A stretch of 64,000 bases of DNA from Eledone cirrhosa (Eukaryota), in NCBI GenBank assembly GCA_964016885.1, contig OZ024744.1, positions 128,960,001-129,024,000 on the forward strand, given 5' to 3'. How positions within the stretch are numbered: the first letter of the stretch is position 1; each line of letters starts with the position of its first letter. The notes beneath the pieces are model-generated. The model saw nothing but the letters and a program-made list of their open reading frames with translations, ran no database searches and was not told the origin of the DNA. A program made the position numbers and the translations under genes. Shown one piece after another: positions 1 through 12,000 of the stretch.

Positions 1-3000
1 TAAGTTAAGTTGGGTTTGAGTTAAGTTGGGGTTAATTAAGTTGGGGTTAAGTTAAGTTGGGGTTAAGTTAAGTTGGGTTAAGTTAAGTTGATGTTAAGTT
101 AAGTTGGGGTTAATTTAAGTTGGGGTTAAGTTAAGTTGGGGCTAAGTTAAGTTGGAGCTAAGTTAAGTTGGGGCTAAGTTAAGTTGGGGTTAAGTTAAGT
201 TGGGGTTAAGTTAAGGTGGGGTTAAGTTAAGTTGGGGTCAACTTAAGTTGGGGTTAAGTTAAGTTGGGGTTAACTTAAGTTGGGGTTAAGTTAAGTTGGG
301 GTTAAGTTAAGTTGGGGTTACGTTAAGTTGGGGGTAAGTTAAGTTGGTGGTAAGTTAAGTTGGGGGTAAGTTAAGATGGGGTTAAGTTAGGGTTAAGTTA
401 AGTTAGGGTTAAGTTAATTTGGGGTTGAGTTAAGTTGGGGTTAAGTTAAGTGGTGGTTATGTTAAGTTGGGGTTAAGTTAAGTTGGGGTTAATTTAAATT
501 GGGGTTAATTTAAATTTGTTGTTAAGTTAAGTTGGGGTTAATTTAAGTTGGGGTTAAGTTAAGTTGGGGTTGAGTTAAGTTGGGGTTGAGTGAAGTTGGG
601 GTTAAGTTAAGTTGGGGTTAAGTTAAGTTGGGGTTGAGTTAAGTTGGGGTTAATTTAAGTTGGGGCTAAGTTCATTTGGGGTTCAGTTAAGTTGGGGTTA
701 AATTAAGTTGGGGTTAAGTTAAGTTGGGGTTAAATTAAGTTGGGGTTAAGTTAAGTTGGGGTTAAGTTAAGTTGGGGTTAAGTTAATTTGGGGTTAAGTG
801 AAGTTAGGGTTAAGTTAAGTTGGGGTTGAGTTAAGTTGGGGGTAAGTTAAGTTGGGGTTATGTTAAGTTGGGGTTACGTTAAGTTGGGTTTAAGTTAAGT
901 TGGGGTTAAGTTAAGTTGGGGTTAAGTTAAGTTGGGGTTAATTTAAGTTGGGGTTAAGTTAAGTTGGGATTAATTTAAGTTGGGGTTAAGTTAAGTTGGG
1001 GTTAAGTTAAGTTGGGGTTAAATTAAGTTGGGGTTAAGTTAAGTTGGGGTTAAGTTAAGTTGGGGTTAAGTTAATTTGGGGTTAAGTTAAGTTAGGGTAA
1101 AGTTAAGTTGGGGTTGAGTTAAGTTGGGGTAAGTTAAGTTGGGGTTAAGTTAAGTTGGGGTTAAGTTAAGTTGGGGTTAAGTTAAGTTAGGCTTAACTTA
1201 AGTTGGGGTTAAGTTAAGTTGGGGGTGAGTTAAGTTGGGGGTAAGTTAAGTTGGGGTTAAGTTAAGTTGGGGTTAAGTTGGGGTTAAGTTAAGTTAGGGT
1301 TAAGTTAATTTGGGGTTGAGTTAAGTTGGGGTTAAGTTAAGTGGTGGTTATGTTAAGTTGGGGTTAAGTTAAGTTGGGGTTAATTTAAATTGGGGTTAAT
1401 TTAAATTTGTTGTTAAGTTAAGTTGGGGTTAATTTAAGTTGGGGTTAAGTTAAGTTGGGGTTGAGTTAAGTTGTGGTTGAGTGAAGTTGGGGTTAAGTTA
1501 AGTTGGGGTTAAATTAAGTTGGGGTTAAGTTAAGTTGGGGTTGAGTTAAGTTGGGGTTAATTTAAGTTGGGGCTAAGTTAATTTGGGGTTAAGTTAAGTT
1601 GGGGTTAAATTAAGTTGGGGTTAAGTTAAGTTGGGGTTAAGTTAAGTTGGGGTTAAGTTAATTTGGGGTTAAGTGAAGTTAGGGTTAAGTTAAGTTGGGG
1701 CTGAGTTAAGTTGGGGGTAAGTTAAGTTGGGGTTATGTTAAGTTGGGGTTAAGTTAAGTTGGGGTTAAGTTAAGTTGGGGTTCAGTTAAGTTGCCGTTAA
1801 GTTAAGTTGGGGTTAAGTTAAGTTGGGGTTAAGTTAAGTTGGGGTTAATTTAAGTTGGGGTTAAGTTAAGTTGGGGTTAAGTTAATTTGTGGTTAAGTTA
1901 AGTTGGGGTTAAGTTAAGTTTGGGTTAAATTCAGTCGGGGTTAAGTTAAGTCGGGGTTAAGTTACGTTGGGGTTAAGTTAAGTTGGGGTTAAGTTAAGTT
2001 GGGGTTGAGTTAAGTTGGGGTTAAGTTAAGTTGGGGTTAAGTTAAGTTGGGGTTAAGTTAAGTTGGGGTTAAGTTAAGTTGGGGTTAAGTTAAGTTGGGG
2101 TTAATTTAAGTTGGGGTTAATTTAAGTTGGGGTTAAGTTAAGTTGGGGTAACGTTAAGTTGGGGTTAAGTTAAGTTGGGGTTAAGTTAAGTTGGGGTTAA
2201 GTTGGGGTTAAGTTAAGTTAGGGTTAACTTAAGTTGGGGTTGTGTTAAGTGGTGGTTATGTTAAGTGGTGGTTATGTTAAGTTGGGGTTAAGTTAAGTTG
2301 GGGTTAAGTTAAGTTGGGGTTAAGTTAAGTTGGGGTTAAGTTAATTAGGGTTAAGTTAAGTTGGGTTTAAGTTAAGTTGGGGTTAAGTTAATTTGTGGTT
2401 AAGTTAAGTTGGGGTTAAGTTAAGTTGGGGTTAAGTTAAGTTGGGGATAAGTTAAGTTGGGGATAAGTTAAGTTGGGGTTAATTAAGTTGGGTTTAAGTT
2501 AAGTTGGGGTTAAGTTAAGTCGGGGTTAAGTTAAGTTGGGGTTAAGTTAAGTTGGGGGTAAGATAAGTTGGGGTTAGTTAAGTTGCGGTTAAGTTAAGTT
2601 GGGGTTAAGTTAAGTTGGGGTTAAGTTAAGTTGGGGTTAAGTTAAGTTGGGGTTAATTTAAGTTGGGGTTAATTTAAGTTGGGGTAAAGTTAAGTTGGGG
2701 GTAAGTTAAGTTGGGGTTAAGTTAAGTTGGGGTTAAGTTGGGGTTAAGTTAAGTTAGGGTTAACTTAAGTTGGGGTTGTGTTAAGTGGTGGTTATGTTAA
2801 GTGGTGGTTATGTTAAGTTGGGGTTAAGTTAAGTTGGGGTTAAGTTAAATTGGGGTTAAGTTAAGTTGCGGTTAAGTTAAGTTGGTGTTAAGTTAAGTTG
2901 GGGTTAAGTTAATTAGGGTTAAGTTAAATTGGGGTTAAGTTAAGTTGGGGTTAAGTTAAGTTGGGGTTAAGTTAATTTGTGGTTAAGTTAAGTTGGGGTT

Positions 3001-6000
3001 AAGTTAAGTTGGGGTTAAGTTAAGTTGGGGATAAGTTAAGTTGAGGATAAGTTAAGTTGGGGTTAATTAAGTTGGGTTTAAGTTAAGTTGGGGTTAAGTT
3101 AAGTTGGGGTTAAGTTAAGTTGGGGTTAAGTTAAGTTGGTTAGTTAAGTTGAGTTTAAGTTAAGTTGGGGTTAATTTAAGTTGGGGTTAAGTTAAGTTGG
3201 GGTTAAGTTAATTTGGGGTTAAGTTAAGTTGGGGTTCAGTTAAGTTGGGGTTAAGTTAAGTTGGGGTTAAGTTGGGGTAAAATTAAGTTGGGGTTAAGCT
3301 AAGTTGCGGTTAAGTTAAAATGAGGTTAAGTTAAGTTGGGGTTAAGTTAAGTTGGGGTTAAGTTAAGTTGGGGCTAAGTTAAGTTGGGGCTAAGTTAAGT
3401 TGGGGCTAAGTTAAGTTGGGATTAAGTTAACTTTGGGTTAAGTTAAGTTGGGTTTGAGTTAAGTTGGGGTTAATTAAGTTGGGGTTAAGTTAAGTTGGGG
3501 TTAAGTTAAGTTGGGGTTAAGTTAAGTTGGGGTTAAGTTAAGTTGATGTTAAGTTAAGTTGGGGTTAATTTAAGTTGGGGTTAAGTTAAGTTGGGGCTAA
3601 GTTAAGTTGGGGTTAAGTTAATTAGGGTTAAGTTAAGTTGGGGTTAAGTTAAGTTGGGGTTAAGTTAAGTTGGGGTTAAGTTAATTTGTGGTTAAGTTAA
3701 GTTGGGGTTAAGTTAAGTTGGGGTTAAGTTAAGTTGGGGATAAGTTAAGTTTAGGATAAGTTAAGTTGGGGTTAATTAAGTTGGGTTTAAGTTAAGTTGG
3801 GGTTAAGTTAAGTTGGGGTTAAGTTAAGTTGGGGTTAAGTTAAGTTGGTTAGTTAAGTTGAGTTTAAGTTAAGTTGGGGTTAATTTATAAGTTGGGGTTA
3901 AGTTAAGTTGGGGTTAAGTTAATTTGGGTTAAGTTAAGTTGGGGTTCAGTTAAGTTGGGGTTAAGTTAAGTTGGGGTTAAGTTGGGGTAAAATTAAGTTG
4001 GGGTTAAGTTAAGTTGCGGTTAAGTTAAAATGAGGTTAAGTTAAGTTGGGGTTAAGTTAAGTTGGGGTTAAGTTAAGTTGGGGCTAAGTTAAGTTGGGGC
4101 TAAGTTAAGTTGGGCTAAGTTAAGTTGGGGTTAAGTTAACTTTGGGTTAAGTTAAGTTGGGTTTGAGTTAAGTTGGGGTTAATTAAGTTGGGGTTAAGTT
4201 AAGTTGGGGTTAAGTTAAGTTGGGGTTAAGTTAAGTTGGGGTTAAGTTAAGTTGATGTTAAGTTAAGTTGGGGTTAATTTAAGTTGGGGTTAAGTTAAGT
4301 TGGGGCTAAGTTAAGTTGGAGCTAAGTTAAGTTGGGCTAAGTTAAGTTGGGGTTAAGTTAAGTTGGGGTTAAGTTAAGGTGGGGTTAAGTTAAGTTGGGG
4401 TCAACTTAAGTTGGGGTTAAGTTAAGTTGGGGTTAACTTAAGTTGGGGTTAAGTTAAGTTGGGGTTAAGTTAAGTTGGGGTTAAGTTAAGTTGGGGTTAC
4501 GTTAAGTTGGGGGTAAGTTAAGTTGGTGGTAAGTTAAGTTGGGGGTAAGTTAAGATGGGGTTAAGTTAGGGTTAAGTTAAGTTAGGGTTAAGTTAAGTTG
4601 GGGGTAAGATAAGTTGGGGTTAGTTAAGTTGGGGTTCAGTTAAGTTGGGGTTAAGTTAAGTTAGGCTTAACTTAAGTTGGGGTTAAGTTAAGTTGGGGGT
4701 GAGTTAAGTTGGGGGTAAGTTAAGTTGGGGTTAAGTTAAGTTGGGGTTAAGTTGGGGTTAAGTTAATTTAGGGTTAAGTTAAGTTGGGGTTGAGTTAAGT
4801 TGGGGTTAAGTTAAGTGGTGGTTATGTTAAGTTGGGGTTAAGTTAAGTTGGGGTTAATTTAAATTGGGGTTAATTTAACTTTGTGGTTAAGTTAATTTGG
4901 GGTTAATTTAAGTTGGGGTTAAGTTAAGTTGGGGTTAATTTAATTTGTGGTTAAGTTAAGTTGGGGTTAAGTTAAGTTGGCGTTGAGTTAAGCTGGGGTT
5001 AAGTTAAGTTGGGGTTAAAATAAGTTGGGGTTAAGTTAAGTTGGGGTTGGGTTAAGTTGGGGTTGAGTTAATTTGGGGTTAAGTTAAGTTGGGGTTAACT
5101 TAAGTTGGTTTTAATTTAAGTTGGGGTTAAGTTAAGTTGGGGTTATAATTAAGTTGGGGTTAAGTTAAGTTGGGGGTAAGATAAGTTGGGGTTAGTTAAG
5201 TTGCGGTTAAGTTAAGTTGGGGTTAAGTTAAGTTGGGGTTAAGTTAAGTTGGGGTTAAGTTAAGTTGGGTTAATTTAAGTTGGGGTTAATTTAAGTTGGG
5301 GTAAAGTTAAGTTGGGGGTAAGTTAAGTTGGGGTTAAGTTAAGTTGGGGTTAAGTTGGGGTTAAGTTAAGTTAGGGTTAACTTAAGTTGGGGTTGTGTTA
5401 AGTGGTGGTTATGTTAAGTGGTGGTTATGTTAAGTTGGGGTTAAGTTAAGTTGGGGTTAAGTTAAATTGGGGTTAAGTTAAGTTGCGGTTAAGTTAAGTT
5501 GGGGTTAAGTTAAGTTGGGGTTAAGTTAATTAGGGTTAAGTTAAGTTGGGGTTAAGTTAAGTTGGGGTTAAGTTAAGTTGGGGTTAAGTTAATTTGTGGT
5601 TAAGTTAAGTTGGGGTTAAGTTAAGTTGGGGTTAAGTTAAGTTGGGGATAAGTTAAGTTGAGGATAAGTTAAGTTGGGGTTAATTAAGTTGGGTTTAAGT
5701 TAAGTTGGGGTTAAGTTAAGTTGGGGTTAAGTTAAGTTGGGGTTAAGTTAAGTTGGTTAGTTAAGTTGAGTTTAAGTTAAGTTGGGGTTAATTTAAGTTG
5801 GGGTTAAGTTAAGTTGGGGTTAAGTTAATTTGGGGTTAAGTTAAGTTGGGGTTCAGTTAAGTTGGGGTTCAGTTAAGTTGGGGTTAAGTTGGGGTAAAAT
5901 TAAGTTGGGGTTAAGTTAAGTTGCGGTTAAGTTAAAATGAGGTTAAGTTAAGTTGGGGTTAAGTTAAGTTGGGGTTAAGTTAAGTTGGGGCTAAGTTAAG

Positions 6001-9000
6001 TTGGGGCTAAGTTAAGTTGGGGCTAAGTTAAGTTGGGATTAAGTTAACTTTGGGTTAAGTTAAGTTGGGTTTGAGTTAAGTTGGGGTTAATTAAGTTGGG
6101 GTTAAGTTAAGTTGGGGTTAAGTTAAGTTGGGGTTAAGTTAAGTTGGGGTTAAGTTAAGTTGATGTTAAGTTAAGTTGGGGTTAATTTAAGTTGGGGTTA
6201 AGTTAAGTTGGGGCTAAGTTAAGTTGGGGTTAAGTTAATTAGGGTTAAGTTAAGTTGGGGTTAAGTTAATTTGGGGTTAAGTTAAGTTGGGGTTAAGTTA
6301 ATTTGTGGTTAAGTTAAGTTGGGGTTAAGTTAAGTTGGGGTTAAGTTAAGTTGGGGATAAGTTAAGTTGAGGATAAGTTAAGTTGGGGTTAATTAAGTTG
6401 GGTTTAAGTTAAGTTGGGGTTAAGTTAAGTTGGGGTTAAGTTAAGTTGGGGTTAAGTTAAGTTGGTTAGTTAAGTTGAGTTTAAGTTAAGTTGGGGTTAA
6501 TTTAAGTTGGGGTTAAGTTAAGTTGGGGTTAAGTTAATTTGGGGTTAAGTTAAGTTGGGGTTCAGTTAAGTTGGGGTTGAGTTAAGTTGGGGTTAAGTTG
6601 GGGTAAAATTAAGTTGGGGTTAAGTTAAGTTGCGGTTAAGTTAAAATGAGGTTAAGTTAAGTTGGGGTTAAGTTAAGTTGGGGTTAAGTTAAGTTGGGGC
6701 TAAGTTAAGTTGGGGCTAAGTTAAGTTGGGGCTAAGTTAAGTTGGGGTTAAGTTAACTTTGGGTTAAGTTAGGTTGGGTTTGAGTTAAGTTGGGGTTAAT
6801 TAAGTTGGGGTTAAGTTAAGTTGGGGTTAAGTTAAGTTGGGGTTAAGTTAAGTTGGGGTTAAGTTAAGTTGATGTTAAGTTAAGTTGGGGTTAATTTAAG
6901 TTGGGGTTAAGTTAAGTTGGGGCTAAGTTAAGTTGGAGCTAAGTTAAGTTGGGGCTAAGTTAAGTTGGGGTTAAGTTAAGTTGGGGTTAAGTTAAGGTGG
7001 GGTTAAGTTAAGTTGGGGTCAACTTAAGTTGGGGTTAAGTTAAGTTGGGGTTAACTTAAGTTGGGGTTAAGTTAAGTTGGGGTTAAGTTAAGTTGGGGTT
7101 AAGTTAAGTTGGGGTTACGTTAAGTTGGGGGTAAGTTAAGTTGGTGGTAAGTTAAGTTGGGGGTAAGTTAAGATGGGGTTAAGTTAGGGTTAAGTTAAGT
7201 TAGGGTTAAGTTAATTTGGGGTTGAGTTAAGTTGGGGTTAAGTTAAGTGGTGGTTATGTTAAGTTGGGGTTAAGTTAAGTTGGGGTTAATTTAAATTGGG
7301 GTTAATTTAAATTTGTTGTTAAGTTAAGTTGGGGTTAATTTAAGTTGGGGTTAAGTTAAGTTGGGGTTGAGTTAAGTTGGGGTTGAGTGAAGTTGGGGTT
7401 AAGTTAAGTTGGGGTTAAGTTAAGTTGGGGTTGAGTTAAGTTGGGGTTAATTTAAGTTGGGGCTAAGTTCATTTGGGGTTCAGTTAAGTTGGGGTTAAAT
7501 TAAGTTGGGGTTAAGTTAAGTTGGGGTTAAATTAAGTTGGGGTTAAGTTAAGTTGGGGTTAAGTTAAGTTGGGGTTAAGTTAATTTGGGGTTAAGTGAAG
7601 TTAGGGTTAAGTTAAGTTGGGGTTGAGTTAAGTTGGGGGTAAGTTAAGTTGGGGTTATGTTAAGTTGGGGTTACGTTAAGTTGGGTTTAAGTTAAGTTGG
7701 GGTTAAGTTAAGTTGGGGTTAAGTTAAGTTGGGGTTAATTTAAGTTGGGGTTAAGTTAAGTTGGGATTAATATAAGTTGGGGTTAAGTTAAGTTGGGGTT
7801 AAGTTAAGTTGGGGTTAAATTAAGTTGGGGTTAAGTTAAGTTAGGGTAAAGTTAAGTTGGGGTTGAGTTAAGTTGGGGTAAGTTAAGTTGGGGTTAAGTT
7901 AAGTTGGGGTTAAGTTAAGTTGGGGTTAAGTTAAGTTAGGCTTAACTTAAGTTGGGGTTAAGTTAAGTTGGGGGTGAGTTAAGTTGGGGGTAAGTTAAGT
8001 TGGGGTTAAGTTAAGTTGGGGTTAAGTTGGGGTTAAGTTAAGTTAGGGTTAAGTTAATTTGGGGTTGAGTTAAGTTGGGGTTAAGTTAAGTGGTGGTTAT
8101 GTTAAGTTGGGGTTAAGTTAAGTTGGGGTTAATTTAAATTGGGGTTAATTTAAATTTGTTGTTAAGTTAAGTTGGGGTTAATTTAAGTTGGGGTTAAGTT
8201 AAGTTGGGGTTGAGTTAAGTTGTGGTTGAGTGAAGTTGGGGTTAAGTTAAGTTGGGGTTAAATTAAGTTGGGGTTAAGTTAAGTTTGGGTTGAGTTAAGT
8301 TGGGGTTAATTTAAGTTGGGGCTAAGTTAATTTGGGGTTAAGTTAAGTTGGGGTTAAATTAAGTTGGGGTTAAGTTAAGTTGGGGTTAAGTTAAGTTGGG
8401 GTTAAGTTAATTTGGGGTTAAGTGAAGTTAGGGTTAAGTTAAGTTGGGGCTGAGTTAAGTTGGGGGTAAGTTAAGTTGGGGTTATGTTAAGTTGGGGTTA
8501 AGTTAAGTTGGGGTTAAGTTAAGTTGGGGTTCAGTTAAGTTGCGGTTAAGTTAAGTTGGGGTTAAGTTAAGTTGGGGTTAAGTTAAGTTGGGGTTAATTT
8601 AAGTTGGGGTTAAGTTAAGTTGGGGTTAAGTTAATTTGTGGTTAAGTTAAGTTGGGGTTAAGTTAAGTTGGGGTTAAATTCAGTCGGGGTTAAGTTAAGT
8701 CGGGGTTAAGTTACGTTGGGGTTAAGTTAAGTTGGGGTTAAGTTAAGTTGGGGTTGAGTTAAGTTGGGGTTAAGTTAAGTTGGGGTTAAGTTAAGTTGGG
8801 GTTAAGTTAAGTTGGGGTTAAGTTAAGTTGGGGTTAATTTAAGTTGGGGTTAAGTTAAGTTGGGGTTAATTTAAGTTGGGGTTAAGTTAAGTTGGGGTTA
8901 AGTTAAGTTGGGGTAACGTTAAGTTGGGGGTAAGTTAAGTTGGGGTTAAGTTAAGTTGGGGTTAAGTTGGGGTTAAGTTAAGTTAGGGTTAACTTAAGTT

Positions 9001-12000
9001 GGGGTTGTGTTAAGTGGTGGTTATGTTAAGTGGTGGTTATGTTAAGTTGGGGTTAAGTTAAGTTGGGGTTAAGTTAAGTTGGGGTTAAGTTAAGTTGGGG
9101 TTAAGTTAATTAGGGTTAAGTTAAGTTGGGTTTAAGTTAAGTTGGGGTTAAGTTAATTTGTGGTTAAGTTAAGTTGGGGTTAAGTTAAGTTGGGGTTAAG
9201 TTAAGTTGGGGATAAGTTAAGTTGGGGATAAGTTAAGTTGGGGTTAATTAAGTTGGGTTTAAGTTAAGTTGGGGTTAAGTTAAGTCGGGGTTAAGTTAAG
9301 TTGGGGTTAAGTTAAGTTGGGGGTAAGATAAGTTGGGGTTAGTTAAGTTGCGGTTAAGTTAAGTTGGGGCTAAGTTAAGTTGGGGTTAAGTTAAGTTGGG
9401 GTTAAGTTAAGTTGGGGTTAATTTAAGTTGGGGTTAATTTAAGTTGGGGTAAAGTTAAGTTGGGGGTAAGTTAAGTTGGGGTTAAGTTAAGTTGGGGTTA
9501 AGTTGGGGTTAAGTTAAGTTAGGTTTAACTTAAGTTGGGGTTGTGTTAAGTGGTGGTTATGTTAAGTGGTGGTTATGTTAAGTTGGGGTTAAGTTAAGTT
9601 GGGGTTAAGTTAAATTGGGGTTAAGTTAAGTTGCGGTTAAGTTAAGTTGGGGTTAAGTTAAGTTGGGGTTAAGTTAATTAGGGTTAAGTTAAGTTGGGGT
9701 TAAGTTAAGTTGGGGTTAAGTTAAGTTGGGGTTAAGTTAATTTGTGGTTAAGTTAAGTTGGGGTTAAGTTAAGTTGGCGTTAAGTTAAGTTGGGGATAAG
9801 TTAAGTTGAGGATAAGTTAAGTTGGGGTTAATTAAGTTGGGTTTAAGTTAAGTTGGGGTTAAGTTAAGTTGGGGTTAAGTTAAGTTGGGGTTAAGTTAAG
9901 TTGGTTAGTTAAGTTGAGTTTAAGTTAAGTTGGGGTTAATTTAAGTTGGGGTTAAGTTAAGTTGGGGTTAAGTTAATTTGGGGTTAAGTTAAGTTGGGGT
10001 TCAGTTAAGTTGGGGTTCAGTTAAGTTGGGGTTAAGTTGGGGTAAAATTAAGTTGGGGTTAAGTTAAGTTGCGGTTAAGTTAAAATGAGGTTAAGTTAAG
10101 TTGGGGTTAAGTTAAGTTGGGGTTAAGTTAAGTTGGGGCTAAGTTAAGTTGGGGCTAAGTTAAGTTGGGGCTAAGTTAAGTTGGGATTAAGTTAACTTTG
10201 GGTTAAGTTAAGTTGGGTTTGAGTTAAGTTGGGGTTAATTAAGTTGGGGTTAAGTTAAGTTGGGGTTAATTTAAGTTGGGGTTAAGTTAAGTTGGGGTTA
10301 AGTTAAGTTGATGTTAAGTTAAGTTGGGGTTAATTTAAGTTGGGGTTAAGTTAAGTTGGGGCTAAGTTAAGTTGGGGTTAAGTTAATTAGGGTTAAGTTA
10401 AGTTGGGGTTAAGTTAAGTTGGGGTTAAGTTAAGTTGGGGTTAAGTTAATTTGTGGTTAAGTTAAGTTGGGGTTAAGTTAAGTTGGGGTTAAGTTAAGTT
10501 GGGGATAAGTTAAGTTGAGGATAAGTTAAGTTGGGGTTAATTAAGTTGGGTTTAAGTTAAGTTGGGGTTAAGTTAAGTTGGGGCTAAGTTCATTTGGGGT
10601 TCAGTTAAGTTGGGGTTAAATTAAGTTGGGGTTAAGTTAAGTTGGGGTTAAATTAAGTTGGGGTTAAGTTAAGTTGGGGTTAAGTTAAGTTGGGGTTAAG
10701 TTAATTTGGGGTTAAGTGAAGTTAGGGTTAAGTTAAGTTGGGGTTGAGTTAAGTTGGGGGTAAGTTAAGTTGGGGTTATGTTAAGTTGGGGTTACGTTAA
10801 GTTGGGTTTCAGTTAAGTTGGGGTTAAGTTAAGTTGGGGTTAAGTTAAGTTGGGGTTAATTTAAGTTGGGGTTAAGTTAAGTTGGGATTAATTTAAGTTG
10901 GGGTTAAGTTAAGTTGGGGTTAAGTTAAGTTGGGGTTAAATTAAGTTGGGGTTAAGTTAAGTTGGGGTTAAGTTAAGTTGGGGTTAAGTTAATTTGGGGT
11001 TAAGTTAAGTTAGGGTAAAGTTAAGTTGGGGTTGAGTTAAGTTGGGGTAAGTTAAGTTGGGGTTAAGTTAAGTTGGGGTTAAGTTAAGTTGGGGTTAAGT
11101 TAAGTTAGGCTTAACTTAAGTTGGGGTTAAGTTAAGTTGGGGGTGAGTTAAGTTGGGGGTAAGTTAAGTTGGGGTTAAGTTAAGTTGGGGTTAAGTTGGG
11201 GTTAAGTTAAGTTAGGGTTAAGTTAATTTGGGGTTGAGTTAAGTTGGGGTTAAGTTAAGTGGTGGTTATGTTAAGTTGGGGTTAAGTTAAGTTGGGGTTA
11301 ATTTAAATTGGGGTTAATTTAAATTTGTTGTTAAGTTAAGTTGGGGTTAATTTAAGTTGGGGTTAAGTTAAGTTGGGGTTGAGTTAAGTTGTGGTTGAGT
11401 GAAGTTGGGGTTAAGTTAAGTTGGGGTTAAATTAAGTTGGGGTTAAGTTAAGTTGGGGTTGAGTTAAGTTGGGGTTAATTTAAGTTGGGGCTAAGTTAAT
11501 TTGGGGTTAAGTTAAGTTGGGGTTAAATTAAGTTGGGGTTAAGTTAAGTTGGGGTTAAGTTAAGTTGGGGTTAAGTTAATTTGGGGTTAAGTGAAGTTAG
11601 GGTTAAGTTAAGTTGGGGCTGAGTTAAGTTGGGGGTAAGTTAAGTTGGGGTTATGTTAAGTTGGGGTTAAGTTAAGTTGGGGTTAAGTTAAGTTGGGGTT
11701 CAGTTAAGTTGCCGTTAAGTTAAGTTGGGGTTAAGTTAAGTTGGGGTTAAGTTAAGTTGGGGTTAATTTAAGTTGGGGTTAAGTTAAGTTGGGGTTAAGT
11801 TAATTTGTGGTTAAGTTAAGTTGGGGTTAAGTTAAGTTGGGGTTAAATTCAGTCGGGGTTAAGTTAAGTCGGGGTTAAGTTAAGTTGGGGTTAAGTTAAG
11901 TTGGGGTTAAGTTAAGTTGGGGTTGAGTTAAGTTGGGGTTAAGTTAAGTTGGGGTTAAGTTAAGTTGGGGTTAAGTTAAGTTGGGGTTAAGTTAAGTTGG

